This document shows, in pieces, positions 63,445 to 64,000 of a stretch of 64,000 nucleotides of DNA. The notes below the pieces were generated by a model, which did no database searches, had not been told where the DNA came from, and saw only the letters and a list, made by a program, of their open reading frames with translations. Every line of letters starts with the position of its first letter. The stretch's first letter is position 1. Source of the stretch: Candidatus Poribacteria bacterium (lineage in GTDB: Bacteria; Poribacteria; WGA-4E; UBA9662). The stretch is from the NCBI GenBank assembly GCA_046582655.1, contig JAYGDX010000413.1, positions 1-64,000 on the forward strand, given 5' to 3'. The translations under genes were made by a program, and so were the position numbers.

Positions 63445-64000
63445 TATTGTATTCCAAATTGTACTTGCAAAATTTCGCTTGCACCGCCTTTAACAAGTTC
63501 TTCGGCTAATAATAGACCGATCTCTATTGGATCCGTTGAGTCATTTGCAATTTTTTTCAGAATCCTTTTTCGCCCATCGAGGCTTGAGACAAGACCAATT
63601 ACAGATAATTTATCACCCTTTAGTTGCGCATTAATGCCAATTGGTACTTGACATCCTCCACCAAGCTCGCGTAAAACGACGCGTTCCGTCTTTACCTCTA
63701 TTTCACTTCGTTGACAACGGATTTTTTTCAAAAAAGTGCCAGTCTGATCATCATTTTCACGAATTTCAATACCTAACGCACCTTGGCCAACAGCGGGAAC
63801 AATCTCGTCAACTTCAAAAAACTGTGTAACAGGGTCGTTCCCAAATAAACGCTTGACTCCAGCAGCTGCTAGAACTATGGCATCTAGATCTATTTCTTTT
63901 AGTTTTCTCATGCGTGTGTCGATGTTACCTCGTAGTGCCATAACTTCAAGGTCGGAACGAAGATAAAGAAGTTGCGATTTTCGTCTGAGGCTACTAGTAC
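63444..64000 (-). CDS. hemC: Hydroxymethylbilane synthase, 5' end outside the window
   Basis: TSSLRR, LRGNIDTR, LAAAG, PAVGQGALG, LGGGCQVPIG. Confidence 0.96.
   Translation of the reverse strand, partial: TSSLRRKSQLLYLRSDLEVMALRGNIDTRMRKLKEIDLDAIVLAAAGVKRLFGNDPVTQFFEVDEIVPAVGQGALGIEIRENDDQTGTFLKKIRCQRSEIEVKTERVVLRELGGGCQVPIGINAQLKGDKLSVIGLVSSLDGRKRILKKIANDSTDPIEIGLLLAEELVKGGASEILQVQFGIQ

Noticed and set aside
1..64000. CRISPR array, rRNA, prophage or defence island
   Set aside because: No regularly spaced repeats, rRNA-like tracts, or cas, phage or restriction motifs were seen.

Overview
Bacterial chromosomal window, roughly 40-45% GC by eye, with about 50 CDS, one tRNA-Pro(CGG), one decayed IS5-family element and many gene relics. 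Gene content suggests Candidatus Poribacteria (inference): a dockerin plus 'NYPNPFNPETWIPY' C-terminal domain, three PhyH dioxygenases, FGE-sulfatase, DUF1080, HEAT-repeat and Gfo/Idh/MocA proteins. Main blocks: (1) a minus-strand run DUF4340-GNAT-GH2-ROK-gmhA-nfeD(long)-nfeD(short)-floA-floA; (2) a broken DUF6288-like gene; (3) a three-gene surface-protein operon (Ig/dockerin/CTD protein, BACON/YVTN lipoprotein, lectin/Ig/FGE protein); (4) an IS5 relic, VOC, murQ, larC, an enolase-family gene and a kinase-like gene; (5) a decaying accessory zone with PhyH, a TIM-barrel isomerase and cnbZ-like genes; (6) tRNA-Pro-recO-fused glyQS-giant HEAT lipoprotein; (7) an SSS symporter, Hsp20 with a sigma54-type promoter, and a PhyH with an in-frame TGA; (8) M20, mmsA, ABC ATPase, nadC, M32, DnaJ, an M48 lacking HExxH, DUF815, PhyH and hemC. 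No CRISPR array, rRNA, prophage or reverse transcriptase was seen. The best candidates for undescribed biology are the modular surface operon, the doubled NfeD/FloA system, the M48 pseudo-peptidase and the small PhyH partner protein. All family calls are by motif recognition, not database searches.
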